From Candidatus Rariloculaceae bacterium (GTDB lineage: Bacteria > Pseudomonadota > Gammaproteobacteria > Steroidobacterales > Rariloculaceae), in assembly GCA_965204155.1 (NCBI GenBank), contig OZ241971.1, positions 2,560,100 through 2,624,099 of the forward strand: a stretch of DNA of 64,000 nucleotides, in the 5' to 3' direction. Below, piece after piece: positions 44,996 through 54,558 of the stretch (positions within the stretch are counted from its first letter, which is position 1; every line of letters begins with the position of its first letter). Under the pieces are notes generated by a model. That model saw only the letters and a list, made by a program, of their open reading frames with translations. It was not told where the DNA came from and did not search any database. Position numbers and translations under genes: made by a program.

Positions 44996-46669
44996 CTAGT
45001 ACAACCCCCCGATCAACCCTTCCGAATTCACGTGGACATCCTGTGCGGAGGGTTTCCTCGGCAGGCCCGGCATGGTCATGATGGCTCCGCACACCGGTAC
45101 GATGAAGCCGGCGCCCGCGGACAGGCGGACCTCGCGGATTTCCACGACGTGGCCCGTGGGTGCGCCCAGCAGGGTGGGATCGGTCGAGAAGCTGTACTGC
45201 GTCTTGGCCATGCAGATCGGGAAGTGTCCGTAGCCGCTGTCCTGGAGGCGGGAGAATTCGTTGCGCACGCTCATGGGCGCGACGATGTCCCGGGCCCCGT
45301 AGATCGTCCGCGCGATGCGGCGGGTTTTCTCCCAGATGTCCAGGTCGTCGTCGTAGAGCAGCCTGAAGTCGGCGGCCGCCGAATCGGCCAGTTCCGCCAC
45401 GTGCTCCGCCAGTTCCGTGGCGCCGGCGCCGCCTTCCATCCAGTGACGGCACTCGATGGCGGTGACCCCCGATCGTTCGCAGTAGCCCTCGACGGCGCGG
45501 ACCTCGGCGTCGCTGTCTGTGGGGTGGCGGTTGATCGCCACCACCGCCGGCACGCCGAACTGCCTCAGGATGGCGAGATGGTGGCCCAGGTTGACGCAAC
45601 CCTTCGCCACCGATCCGCTGTCCTCGCGCAGCAGGTCGTCCCTGGGCACGCCGCCGTGCATCTTCAGTGCCTTGATGGTCGCCACCAGCACCACGGCATC
45701 GGGGGCCAGCCCCCCGGTACGGCACTTGATGTCGAAGAACTTCTCGGCGCCCAGGTCCGAGCCGAAGCCGGCTTCGGTCACCACGTAATCGGCCCGCTTC
45801 AGGGCGGTTCGGGTGGCAATGACCGAGTTGCAGCCGTGGGCGATGTTCGCGAACGGCCCGCCGTGGATGAACGCGGGGTTGTTCTCCAGCGTCTGCACGA
45901 GATTCGGGGCGAAGGCATCCCGGAGCAGCGCCGTCATCGCCCCGTGCGCGTGGAGGTCCCGCGCGGTCACGGGCTCGCGGCCGCGGGTGTAGCCCACCAC
46001 GATGCTGCCCAGCCGCTGTTCCAGTTCCGCCAGATTCTTCGCCAGGCAGAAGATTGCCATGACTTCCGACGTGCTGGTGATATCGAAACCGGCTTCCCTG
46101 GGCACGCCGTGGGCGGTTCCGCCCAGGCCGATCGTGATCTGGCGCAACGCGCGATCGTTCATGTCCACCACCCGCCGCCAGGTGATTCGCCGCGGATCCA
46201 GGACCGGATTGCCGCCCCAGTGAATGTGGTTGTCCACCAGGGCCGCCAGCAGGTTATGGGCGGCGGCGATGGCGTGAAAATCACCGGTGAAGTGCAGGTT
46301 GATGTCGGTCATCGGCACGACCTGCGCGTAGCCGCCGCCCGCGGCTCCGCCCTTCATGCCGAAACACGGGCCGAGACTCGGTTCGCGCAGGCAGATCGCC
46401 GTCTTTCTGCCGATGCGGTTGAGGGCGTCCCCCAGGCCGATCGTCGTCGTGGTCTTGCCTTCGCCGGCCGGTGTGGGCGACACCGCCGTCATCAGGATCA
46501 GCTTGCCGGTGGTGCCCGGCCGGGATTCCTCTATGGCGGCGAAGTCGACCTTGGCCTTGGCGTGCCCGTAGGGAATCGTGAAGTCGGCGATGCCGAGCTT
46601 GTCAGCGACTTCGCGTATCGGCTGCATGCTGGCCGCACGGGCGATTTCGATATCATTCTTCTGCGACAT
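44996..46669 (-). CDS. fhs: Formate--tetrahydrofolate ligase
   Basis: 557 aa; [16 protein letters not shown]-loop; strongly conserved FTHFS sequence throughout. Confidence 0.95.
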   Translation of the reverse strand: MSQKNDIEIARAASMQPIREVADKLGIADFTIPYGHAKAKVDFAAIEESRPGTTGKLILMTAVSPTPAGEGKTTTTIGLGDALNRIGRKTAICLREPSLGPCFGMKGGAAGGGYAQVVPMTDINLHFTGDFHAIAAAHNLLAALVDNHIHWGGNPVLDPRRITWRRVVDMNDRALRQITIGLGGTAHGVPREAGFDITSTSEVMAIFCLAKNLAELEQRLGSIVVGYTRGREPVTARDLHAHGAMTALLRDAFAPNLVQTLENNPAFIHGGPFANIAHGCNSVIATRTALKRADYVVTEAGFGSDLGAEKFFDIKCRTGGLAPDAVVLVATIKALKMHGGVPRDDLLREDSGSVAKGCVNLGHHLAILRQFGVPAVVAINRHPTDSDAEVRAVEGYCERSGVTAIECRHWMEGGAGATELAEHVAELADSAAADFRLLYDDDLDIWEKTRRIARTIYGARDIVAPMSVRNEFSRLQDSGYGHFPICMAKTQYSFSTDPTLLGAPTGHVVEIREVRLSAGAGFIVPVCGAIMTMPGLPRKPSAQDVHVNSEGLIGGLY

Positions 46670-46752
46670 CTGTGCTTACCGCTCCTGCAAAGGGGGCCGT
46701 GTCAGGGGAGCTGTCGGATCGCTGCCGTTGAGCCCGCCGGTCTGCCGGCACT

Positions 46753-47700
46753 CTAGCTGCCCAGCGCTTCGGTCAGTTCCGGCACGGCAGTGAACAGGTC
46801 CGCCACCAGGCCGATATCGGCGACTTCGAACAGCGGCGCTTCCGCGTCCGTGTTGATGGCCACGATAACACCCGCGTCCTTGATCCCGGTGAGGTGCTGG
46901 ATGGCTCCCGAGATGCCCACGGCGATGTAGAGTTGCGGCGCGATGATCTTGCCGGTCTGGCCGACCTGCATGTCGTTGCCCACGAATCCTGAATCCACCG
47001 CGGCGCGCGAAGCGCCCACCGCGGCGCCGAGCGCATCCGCCAGGCGGTAGATGATTTCGAAGTTCTCCTTGCTGCCCACGCCGCGTCCGCCGGAAACGAC
47101 CCGACTGGCAGTCTGCAGATCCGGCCTGCCACCGCCGGAATCGCTGCGAACTTCGACGAACCGCGTATGGGCCGGCAGCTCGGCATCGACGGCGCGCTCG
47201 CTGATCGGAGCGTTGCCTGTGGGTTCGGCCGCCTGGTACGAGGCGGTTCTGACCGTGGCGACCACGGGACGGTCCTGCGGCGCCTCCACCGTGAGAATGG
47301 CGTTGCCGGCGTAGAAGGGACGCCTAAACCGCCAGGCGCTTTCGGCACTCATGATGTCGCTGAGCTGACCCACGCCCTGGAGCGCTGCCACCCGCGGCAT
47401 GAGGTCCTTGCCGAAGGTGGTGGACGGGCCGAACACGTGGGTGTAGTCGCCCGCGAGTTCCGAGACCTGGGGCGCGGCCACAGCCGCCAGGGCCGACTCG
47501 TTCGCCGGGTGATCGACCCGGATGACACCCGTCACGCCCGCAAGCGCCGCGGCCTGCGCCGCCACGGCGGCGCCGTCGCCGGCAAGCACCGCGATGTCGA
47601 TGGCCGAAGTTTCGAAGGTCCGGGCGCAGGACACGCACTTCGCCGTGCTGGCATTGAGCGTCCGCCCGTCATGTTCGGCGACGATCAGCACCCGGGCCAT
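46753..47700 (-). CDS. etfA: Electron transfer flavoprotein alpha subunit
   Basis: 315 aa; C-terminal FAD-binding signature …[21 protein letters not shown]…. Confidence 0.9.
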   Translation of the reverse strand: MARVLIVAEHDGRTLNASTAKCVSCARTFETSAIDIAVLAGDGAAVAAQAAALAGVTGVIRVDHPANESALAAVAAPQVSELAGDYTHVFGPSTTFGKDLMPRVAALQGVGQLSDIMSAESAWRFRRPFYAGNAILTVEAPQDRPVVATVRTASYQAAEPTGNAPISERAVDAELPAHTRFVEVRSDSGGGRPDLQTASRVVSGGRGVGSKENFEIIYRLADALGAAVGASRAAVDSGFVGNDMQVGQTGKIIAPQLYIAVGISGAIQHLTGIKDAGVIVAINTDAEAPLFEVADIGLVADLFTAVPELTEALGS

Positions 47701-48458
47701 CAGATCAGCTCCTTCTCGCGAAGCGCCTGCACCAACTCTTCCACGTTGCTCACCCTGACGCCCCTGGGCCGCTGGGCCGGCGGCTCGATCCCCAACACCT
47801 GAAACTGCGTTTCAGGCTCCACGTCCAACTCGGCCAGCGTAACCGTCTCCAGGGGTTTCTTCTTGGCCTTCAGGATGTCGGGCAACTTGGTATAGCGCGG
47901 TTCGTTCAGGCGCAGGTCCGTCGTCACCACGGCCGGCAGATCGACTTCGATGACCTCAAGCCCCGCGTCCACTTCCCGCATCGCCGTCGCCGTGCCGCCA
48001 TTGAAGCGGAGATGGGAGGCAAAGGTCGCCTGCGGGCGGCCCCAGAGGGCGGCCAGCATCTGTCCGGTTTGATTGTTGTCGCCGTCGATGGCCTGCTTGC
48101 CCATGATCACCAACTGCGTCTCTTCCCGGTGGACCAGGGCCAACAGCGTCCGGGCGACGGTCAGGGGTTCGAGTTCCTGGCCGGTTTCGACCAGAATGGC
48201 CCGGTCGGCGCCCATGGCCAGTCCGCCGCGCAGTTGTTGAGTGCAGGCCTGCCCGCCGATGGAGGCCACGGCGATTTCTTCGGCCTCGCCCCGTTCCCTG
48301 ATTCGGAGCGCTTCCTCAAGGGCGATTTCATCAAAGGGGTTGATGCTCATCTTGACGCCGTCCAGCGCCATTCCCGAGCCGTCGGGTTTCACGCGCACAC
48401 GGACGTTGGCGTCCACGACGCGTTTCAGCGGGACGAGAATGGTTTTGATGAGCGCCAT
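47700..48458 (-). CDS. etfB: Electron transfer flavoprotein beta subunit
   Basis: 252 aa; VPLKRVVD…MSINPFDEIALEEALR pattern; 1-nt overlap with etfA. Confidence 0.9.
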   Translation of the reverse strand: MALIKTILVPLKRVVDANVRVRVKPDGSGMALDGVKMSINPFDEIALEEALRIRERGEAEEIAVASIGGQACTQQLRGGLAMGADRAILVETGQELEPLTVARTLLALVHREETQLVIMGKQAIDGDNNQTGQMLAALWGRPQATFASHLRFNGGTATAMREVDAGLEVIEVDLPAVVTTDLRLNEPRYTKLPDILKAKKKPLETVTLAELDVEPETQFQVLGIEPPAQRPRGVRVSNVEELVQALREKELI

Positions 48459-48592
48459 CGTCCGTGCCTTTCGGACAGGAAGGGTTTCGGTTCAGGAGAG
48501 TATCCGGCGCAGAGTGCTTCGTTCAAGCAGTCCTGTCACTTCTGGAAGAATTTTCGTCGCGCTGCAAGGGTCCGGCGCGGCGTGCGGCCGGG

Positions 48593-48757
48593 CTAGCAGC
48601 CCGTGGCAAAAGTCGCGCGAGCACCGAGACCGACGAGGCGCCCGGCTGGCAAGGCGCGAGAAGGGAGAATATCGGGAATATTTGACCGACGAGCAACGCA
48701 GTCAGCCGGGATGCATCGTCGGTCGAATGCCGCGGGACTTTTGCCACGGGCTGCTAG
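48593..48757. repeat. Perfect 22-bp inverted repeat flanking a 121-bp partly self-complementary core (intergenic, regulator / etfB)
   Basis: CTAGCAGCCCGTGGCAAAAGTC at 48593..48614 is the exact reverse complement of 48736..48757. Further inner complementary blocks include ACCGACGA/TCGTCGGT and GCCCGGCTG/CAGCCGGG. Confidence 0.88.
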
Positions 48758-48768
48758 GGCAGGGACCG

Positions 48769-49743
48769 TTACCGGTCGGCTCGATCGGCGCTGGGGGTGT
48801 TGCCGTAGAGGTCCTTGTAGGTCGTGCTGAAATGGGAGCTGGAGACGAAGCCCGTCTGGGCCGAAATCTCGACAATGCTCAGGTCCGTCTGAAAGAGCAA
48901 CTGCCGCGCCCGTTCCAGCCGCAACTGCAGGTAATAGTGCGACGGCGAGCACAGCAGGTACTTCTGGAACAACCGTTGCAGTTGCCGGCGCGACAATTCC
49001 ACATAGGATGCCAGTTCAACCTGGCTGAACGGCTCGCGGATGTTGCTCTCCATCAGTTCCACGGCGGCCACCAGCTTGGCGGACTGCCCGCCGACCACGT
49101 GGCGCAACGGCACGTGCTGCCGGTCCCTGGTATCGCGGATCCGCTCGTGCACGAACTGGTCCGCGACTCCGGCACTGATCTCCATACCGAGCTGCCGGCG
49201 GACGAAATACAGCATCATGTCCATGGGCGCCGTGCCGCCGGAACTGGTGAAGCGGTCGCGGTCGATGGTGTAGATGCTCCGGCTGACGGCAATCTTCGGG
49301 AACCCCAGGGTAAGGGCGGCGAAATTCTCCCAGTGGATGCTGCACCGGTAGCCGTCCAGCAGCCCGGCCTTGGCCAGAACGTAGCTGCCCGTGCAGGTGG
49401 AACCCAGCGCCAGTCCGCGTGCGCTGCAGGCATGCAGCCAGCGCAGCACCGGTTTGGCGGCGAAGCGCTCGACCCCTTCGCCGCCGCAGACGACGATCGC
49501 TTCCACGGTGCGGGACTGGATTTCGTCGCCGATCCCGAAATCGGCGTTGATCGAGAGCCCGTCGCTGGCGGTGACGGGGCCGCCGTTCCTGGAAACCATC
49601 CGCCAGCGATAGACCCGGGAACCGGCCACGCGGTTGGCCATTCGCAGCGTTTCGATCGCCGACGACATGGAAATGAGCGTGAAATCGTCCAGCAGCAGGA
49701 AGCCGAAAAACGTCGGGAGTACTTGCGGTTCGGCCTCTGCCAT
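48769..49743 (-). CDS. GlxA-family AraC-type regulator with DJ-1/PfpI (GATase1-like) N-domain (GbdR/SouR/CdhR-like class)
   Basis: 324 aa. N-terminal FGFLLLDDFTLISMSSAIETLRMAN pattern and C-terminal AraC HTH (…SIVEISAQTGFVSSSHFSTTYKDLYG). Confidence 0.8.
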   Translation of the reverse strand: MAEAEPQVLPTFFGFLLLDDFTLISMSSAIETLRMANRVAGSRVYRWRMVSRNGGPVTASDGLSINADFGIGDEIQSRTVEAIVVCGGEGVERFAAKPVLRWLHACSARGLALGSTCTGSYVLAKAGLLDGYRCSIHWENFAALTLGFPKIAVSRSIYTIDRDRFTSSGGTAPMDMMLYFVRRQLGMEISAGVADQFVHERIRDTRDRQHVPLRHVVGGQSAKLVAAVELMESNIREPFSQVELASYVELSRRQLQRLFQKYLLCSPSHYYLQLRLERARQLLFQTDLSIVEISAQTGFVSSSHFSTTYKDLYGNTPSADRADR

Positions 49744-49848
49744 TGCGCAGACAGTGTTCGTGGACCAACTGAAGTATGCGGCGACAGAGGCGCAAACTCA
49801 ATGTCGCGAGTTTTCCAACTCCGCGAAGCACCCGCTGCCGGGCGCGCA

Positions 49849-51468
49849 CTAACGCGACGCGGCTTGCTGCGCCCGCACGCGTGCCAGGCTCAGGGCCGAG
49901 TCCCTGGGCAGCGGTCCCAGGCGGGGATAGTCCGTGTTGTAGTGAAGCCCGCGGCTTTCGTGGCGCCGGGCGGCGCTCTCGGCGATCAGCTTCGAAACCG
50001 TCACCATATTCTCCAGTTCGAGCAAGTCGGGATGCAGGCGGCGATGGTCGCGGGCGTCATCGATGCGCCGTTGCAGGTCCACCAGCAGGACCGCCGCTTC
50101 CGCAAGGCTCTCCCGAGTACGTACGATGCCCACATGCTCCCACATGATGCGGCGAAGTTCCGCCGTGCACGTCCTTGCCCAGCCGTGATTGCGCCGGTCG
50201 ATTTCGAAGCTGCCGACCCATGCCGGAGGGCGCTGCCTCCTGCGTTCGGGCCGCCGGACATGTTCTTCAATGCGTGCGCTCACGGATTTCGCAAAGGCCA
50301 GTGCCTCCAGGAGCGAATTGCTGGCCAGCCGATTGGCGCCGTGCAGCCCCGTGCAACTGACCTCGCCCGCGGCGTAGAGGTTCTGCATATCGGTCCCGCC
50401 ACCGGCATCCGTGACCACGCCGCCGCACGTGTAGTGGGCCGCGGGAACGACAGGGATCGGCTCGGCGGTGAGATCGAAACCGAACGTCCGGCAGGTGGCC
50501 AGAATGTTGGGGAAACGCCTGCGGATTTCGGCGGCCGGCTTGTGGCTGATGTCCAGCAGTACGTGGTCGCAGCCCTCCGCGGACATCTCGTGGACGATGG
50601 CCCGGGAGACGACATCCCGCGGCGCCAGTTCCAGGCGCTCGTCGTGGCGGGCCATGAACCGGGTGCCGTCGGGCAGCAGCAGGCGGGCGCCTTCGCCCCG
50701 CAGTGCTTCGGTGATCAGGATCGCCCGCGAACCCGGCACATGCAGGCACGACGGATGAAACTGCACGAATTCCATGTTGGATATGCGGCACCCGGCCCGC
50801 CAGGCCATGGCGATGCCGTCTCCCGTGGAGCCGTTGGTGGCGTGCCGGTAGACGCCCGACGCGCCCCCGGTGGCCAGCACCGCGACATCGGTCCAGCGCG
50901 TCTCCACGTTTCCGGAAGCCGTGTCGATCAGGGTCAGCCCGACGCACCGATCCGGTCCGGACAGGCCCAGCCGCTGCGATGTCAACAGATTGGCGACAAA
51001 GCGGTTCTCCAGCAATTCGATGTCCGGGTGCCGGCGGACCCGCTGTGCCAACACGCCCATGACCGCCCGCCCGGTGGCGTCGTCCGCATGCACGATCCTG
51101 CGCCGGCTGTGACCGCCCTCCCGCGTCAGGTGCAGTTCGGCGCCGCCGTTCCTGCGCGTGAACTGCACGCCGTGCCCCTCCAGCCAGCGGATGCACTCCG
51201 GGCCTTCGCTGACGACCTGGCGCACGACATCCGAATGGCACAGGCCCGCGCCGGCCTGCACGGTATCGGCCTGGTGGTGGGACAGTGAGTCTTCCGGCCC
51301 CATGACCGCGGCGATGCCGCCCTGAGCGTTGTAGCTGGCGGTCTCGCTGAGCGCGGTCTTGGTGACGACCGCCGGCCGGTGCCCCGCATCCGCCAGCCGC
51401 AGCGCCGTGCTCAGCCCGGCGATCCCGCCGCCGACGATGAGGATCGGGTGTCGACTGTTCTGTTGCAT
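49849..51468 (-). CDS. nadB: L-aspartate oxidase
   Basis: 539 aa; ILIVGGGIAGLSTA; conserved NadB blocks (AQGGIAAV, HRRIVHADDATG). Confidence 0.9.
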   Translation of the reverse strand: MQQNSRHPILIVGGGIAGLSTALRLADAGHRPAVVTKTALSETASYNAQGGIAAVMGPEDSLSHHQADTVQAGAGLCHSDVVRQVVSEGPECIRWLEGHGVQFTRRNGGAELHLTREGGHSRRRIVHADDATGRAVMGVLAQRVRRHPDIELLENRFVANLLTSQRLGLSGPDRCVGLTLIDTASGNVETRWTDVAVLATGGASGVYRHATNGSTGDGIAMAWRAGCRISNMEFVQFHPSCLHVPGSRAILITEALRGEGARLLLPDGTRFMARHDERLELAPRDVVSRAIVHEMSAEGCDHVLLDISHKPAAEIRRRFPNILATCRTFGFDLTAEPIPVVPAAHYTCGGVVTDAGGGTDMQNLYAAGEVSCTGLHGANRLASNSLLEALAFAKSVSARIEEHVRRPERRRQRPPAWVGSFEIDRRNHGWARTCTAELRRIMWEHVGIVRTRESLAEAAVLLVDLQRRIDDARDHRRLHPDLLELENMVTVSKLIAESAARRHESRGLHYNTDYPRLGPLPRDSALSLARVRAQQAASR

Positions 51469-51506
51469 GGCTGCGGGCGGGCGTGAGGTCTGCAGTCGGA
51501 GGCGCG

Positions 51507-52508
51507 TCAGGCCGAGTATTCCAGCATTCGGGCCACGGAGCGCAAGGCGCCGGCGCGCACTGCCGGATCGACCTCCACTTCGAACTTCAGGTCCTCAAGC
51601 GAAGCCAGTATCTTCGGCAGCGTGATGGTCTTCATGTGGGGACAGAGGTTGCAGGGTCGGACGAAGTTCACGTCCGGAAACTCCACCGCCACGTTGTCGC
51701 TCATGGAGCACTCGGTGATCATGGCCACGCGCGAAGGACGCTCCCTGTCCACGTAACCGATCATGCCCGATGTCGATCCGACGAAGTCCGCCTCTTCCAG
51801 GACGTCCGGCGGGCACTCGGGATGGGCGATGATCTGGATGTCCGGCGTGGCCTTGCGGTAGCCGCGCAACTCGGCGCCGGTGAACCGCTCGTGAACTTCG
51901 CAGGTGCCCTCCCAGAGGATCACCTCCACATCGGTCTGCTCGGCAACGTACTTGCCCAGGTAGTTGTCCGGCAGGAATATGACCCGGTCGGTGCCCAGGG
52001 CCTCGACGATGCGGACCGCGTTGGCAGACGTGCAGCAGACATCGGATTCCGCCTTCACGTCGGCGCTGGTATTCACGTAGGTAACCACCGGCACGCCGGG
52101 ATAGCGTTGCTTGAGCAGGCGCACGTCCTCTCCGGTGATGGAAGCCGCCAGCGAACACCCGGCGCCAAGGTCCGGGATCAGCACCTTCTTCTCCGGGTTG
52201 ATGATCTTCGCGGTCTCGGCCATGAAGTGCACGCCGCACAGCACAATGACGTCCGCATCGGTCTCGCTGGCCTTCTGCGCCAGCCCCAGCGAGTCGCCCG
52301 TATAGTCCGCCACTCCATGGTAAATCTCGGGCGTCTGGTAGTTGTGAGCCAGGATGATCGCGTTACGCCGAACCTTCAGTTCATTGATGAGCGCAATATA
52401 GGGCGCGTGAACCGGCCACTCGATCTCCGGAATCACATCCCGGACCAGTTCGTAGGTCGCATGCGTCGCCGCCGCCACCTCGGGGGAGTACGTAAGAGTC
52501 TGCGCCAT
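51507..52508 (-). CDS. nadA: Quinolinate synthase
   Basis: Start at Met15 of the track ORF, with AGGAG 7 nt upstream. Conserved NadA blocks ([23 protein letters not shown]). Confidence 0.9.
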   Translation of the reverse strand: MAQTLTYSPEVAAATHATYELVRDVIPEIEWPVHAPYIALINELKVRRNAIILAHNYQTPEIYHGVADYTGDSLGLAQKASETDADVIVLCGVHFMAETAKIINPEKKVLIPDLGAGCSLAASITGEDVRLLKQRYPGVPVVTYVNTSADVKAESDVCCTSANAVRIVEALGTDRVIFLPDNYLGKYVAEQTDVEVILWEGTCEVHERFTGAELRGYRKATPDIQIIAHPECPPDVLEEADFVGSTSGMIGYVDRERPSRVAMITECSMSDNVAVEFPDVNFVRPCNLCPHMKTITLPKILASLEDLKFEVEVDPAVRAGALRSVARMLEYSA

Positions 52509-52522
52509 GACCCGGCTCCTTG

Positions 52523-52537
52523 TGCTCATAATGAGCA
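52523..52537. promoter_or_regulatory. Candidate operator palindrome just upstream of the nadA RBS
   Basis: TGCTCAT-A-ATGAGCA, perfect 7-bp arms, 15-29 nt upstream of the nadA ATG. Confidence 0.3.
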
Positions 52538-52622
52538 TAACAGGCAACAAAGTATATCACAGCCATGTCATCCGGGTGTAATGGTCCTCCAAACACCATT
52601 TCCCCATCGGGAACTTCGAGAG

Positions 52623-53504
52623 CTATAGAGCGAACCGGAACGTCGCGAGCAGTGCGTGGGTTCGAAGCTCCGCGGCCGTCTCGTTGATGGGGACCGGGAA
52701 TTGCCTGGGGGTGCCCCCCTCGCGGTACCGCACGATGGTGATGTCGCCGCTGTCGGTCCGGAGCACTCCCGCGTCAACGTATCGGTAACTGAGGTCCAGG
52801 TGAATGCTCTCCCGGATCGGTATCGAAACCCCGCCCGTCAGCATCAAGGCGCGGTTTCGCCCGTGTCCATCGGGAATGGCGGTGAAGGGTATCTCACCGC
52901 CCGGACCCGCGCGAAGACTGCCGGACGGATCGTCCGGGTCGGGAAACCGTTGAACGTAGCCGCTCAATCGGTACGTGGCGACCCCCGCGCCGCCACCGAG
53001 AAACGGCGATACGTCGCGCCCCGACGGTAGTTTCCAGCCCGGGAAATCGAAAAACCCGGCCAGGAAGATCCGTGAAATGTCCAGATTCGCTTCGGACGGT
53101 TGATGTGTCCCCGCAAATCGGTAATTCGTGTTGCCCCGATATTCCAGGTCATGGGCAACGCCGAATTCCAACTGGGCTCGAAATCCCGGTGCCAGACGAA
53201 CGCCCGCTGCGATATCGACTGCAAGTCCATTGTCGAGTGCTCCCGCATCGTACGTGTCCATGCTTCCGTACAGCGCGGCGTGACCGGTGTCCTCGCCATC
53301 GGCGAACCGGGTGCCGCTCGATCGGACCACGGCGACCCCCGCGGTCAGATAGGGCTCGTACCCGACTGTATTGGCCCCGGCTGCGGAGCCTGAAGACTCA
53401 CCCGAAGCTGAAACGGGCAGACCCGGGGCAAGCGAACACCACGCCGCCGCCAGCAGAGCCCGGGCTCCCGGCCGCAATCCCGTGCCGCAAATTCGGAGCC
53501 TCAA
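52623..53504 (-). CDS. Outer-membrane beta-barrel protein (OmpA-like barrel / porin family)
   Basis: Alternating beta-strand pattern, C-terminal …LLATFRFAL. TTG start chosen at 53504 gives a signal peptide (M)RLRICGTGLRPGARALLAAAWCSLAPGLPVSA; start uncertain. Confidence 0.55.
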   Translation of the reverse strand: MRLRICGTGLRPGARALLAAAWCSLAPGLPVSASGESSGSAAGANTVGYEPYLTAGVAVVRSSGTRFADGEDTGHAALYGSMDTYDAGALDNGLAVDIAAGVRLAPGFRAQLEFGVAHDLEYRGNTNYRFAGTHQPSEANLDISRIFLAGFFDFPGWKLPSGRDVSPFLGGGAGVATYRLSGYVQRFPDPDDPSGSLRAGPGGEIPFTAIPDGHGRNRALMLTGGVSIPIRESIHLDLSYRYVDAGVLRTDSGDITIVRYREGGTPRQFPVPINETAAELRTHALLATFRFAL

Positions 53505-53505
53505 G

Positions 53506-54453
53506 TCAGGCCGAAGGCAACGCGTCCACGTACTCCGCCATGCGCTGCAATGTCGCCGCGTCCGGAACCGCACCCCTGCCGCCCATCAGGTTATCCAGCA
53601 TGTTCGCCGGCCTGCTAGTCGCCGGCGTAATGACCGTCACCGCGGGATGGGCTGCAACATACTTCAGGAAGAACTGAGCCCAGGATTCCGCACCGAACTC
53701 CGCCGCCCATTCGGGCACGTCACGGCCCGATACCCGGTTCCACAGCCGCGTACGTCCGAACGGCGCGTAAACCAGTACGCCGATCCCGCGGTCCTGCGCC
53801 AGGGGCAGGATCGTTTCCGCGGCCAGCCGGTTGTCCACGGCGTAATCCACGCCGATGAAGTCCAGCGAATAGTCGCGCATGACCTGGGCGAACTCGTCGT
53901 ATCGGCCCTGGCTGGTACACGTGATGCCGGTATAGCGAACCCGGCCTTCCGCCTTGAGTTCGTCCAGGATGCCCAGCTGCGTGGGCGGATCGCCCAGGTT
54001 GTGTACCTGGATGAGGTCGATGGGCGTCTTGCGGATGTACTCGAAGGAAGTCTCCACCTGCTGCCACGCGCTCTCGGGATCCGCCGCCCCGCCCCCGCGG
54101 CCGGCCACATTGAGCTTGGTGGCCCAGAAGACGCGGTCGCGGGCGTCGATCTCGTTGATGATCGACCCGGCCACCTCTTCGGAGGCGCCGTAACTGGGCG
54201 CCGTATCGAACACGCTGCCGCCGTTGTCCAGCAGCGCCGTAAACACGCCGCGCAGCGCCGATACGTCGTCGCTGCGGGCCACCCGGGAAAACGTCGCCGA
54301 ACTGCCAAGGCCGATGATGGGCAATTCCTCGCCGGTGGACGGAACCGCCCGGGTGATCATGGGCGCATCCTGCGCCTGCAGAAAGCGTGGGTGGATTGCC
54401 AGAGCCGTGCCGGCGGCGGCAGTCAGCCTGAGCCATTCGCGTCGTGTGTACAT
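53506..54453 (-). CDS. Aldo/keto reductase with twin-arginine (Tat) signal
   Basis: MYTRREWLRLTAAAGTALA… RR motif; AKR body (FDTAPSYG, IDLIQVHN). Confidence 0.8.
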   Translation of the reverse strand: MYTRREWLRLTAAAGTALAIHPRFLQAQDAPMITRAVPSTGEELPIIGLGSSATFSRVARSDDVSALRGVFTALLDNGGSVFDTAPSYGASEEVAGSIINEIDARDRVFWATKLNVAGRGGGAADPESAWQQVETSFEYIRKTPIDLIQVHNLGDPPTQLGILDELKAEGRVRYTGITCTSQGRYDEFAQVMRDYSLDFIGVDYAVDNRLAAETILPLAQDRGIGVLVYAPFGRTRLWNRVSGRDVPEWAAEFGAESWAQFFLKYVAAHPAVTVITPATSRPANMLDNLMGGRGAVPDAATLQRMAEYVDALPSA

Positions 54454-54558
54454 GGAGTTCTCCTCGGGTGAGCCGATTGAGCCTACCCGAGCGGAAAATG
54501 ACGGGTCAACGGAACCTTCGTTAATATTTCTTTAGGTCGGATCGGCGAGCGCTGCGTG

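Noticed and set aside
48629-48648. 17-nt exact match GACGAGGCGCCCGGCTG shared with 56275..56291, as evidence for a dispersed repeat family
   Set aside because: A rough estimate puts the chance expectation for one exact 17-mer match, on either strand, in 64 kb of GC-rich DNA at order 1. It is not significant on its own.
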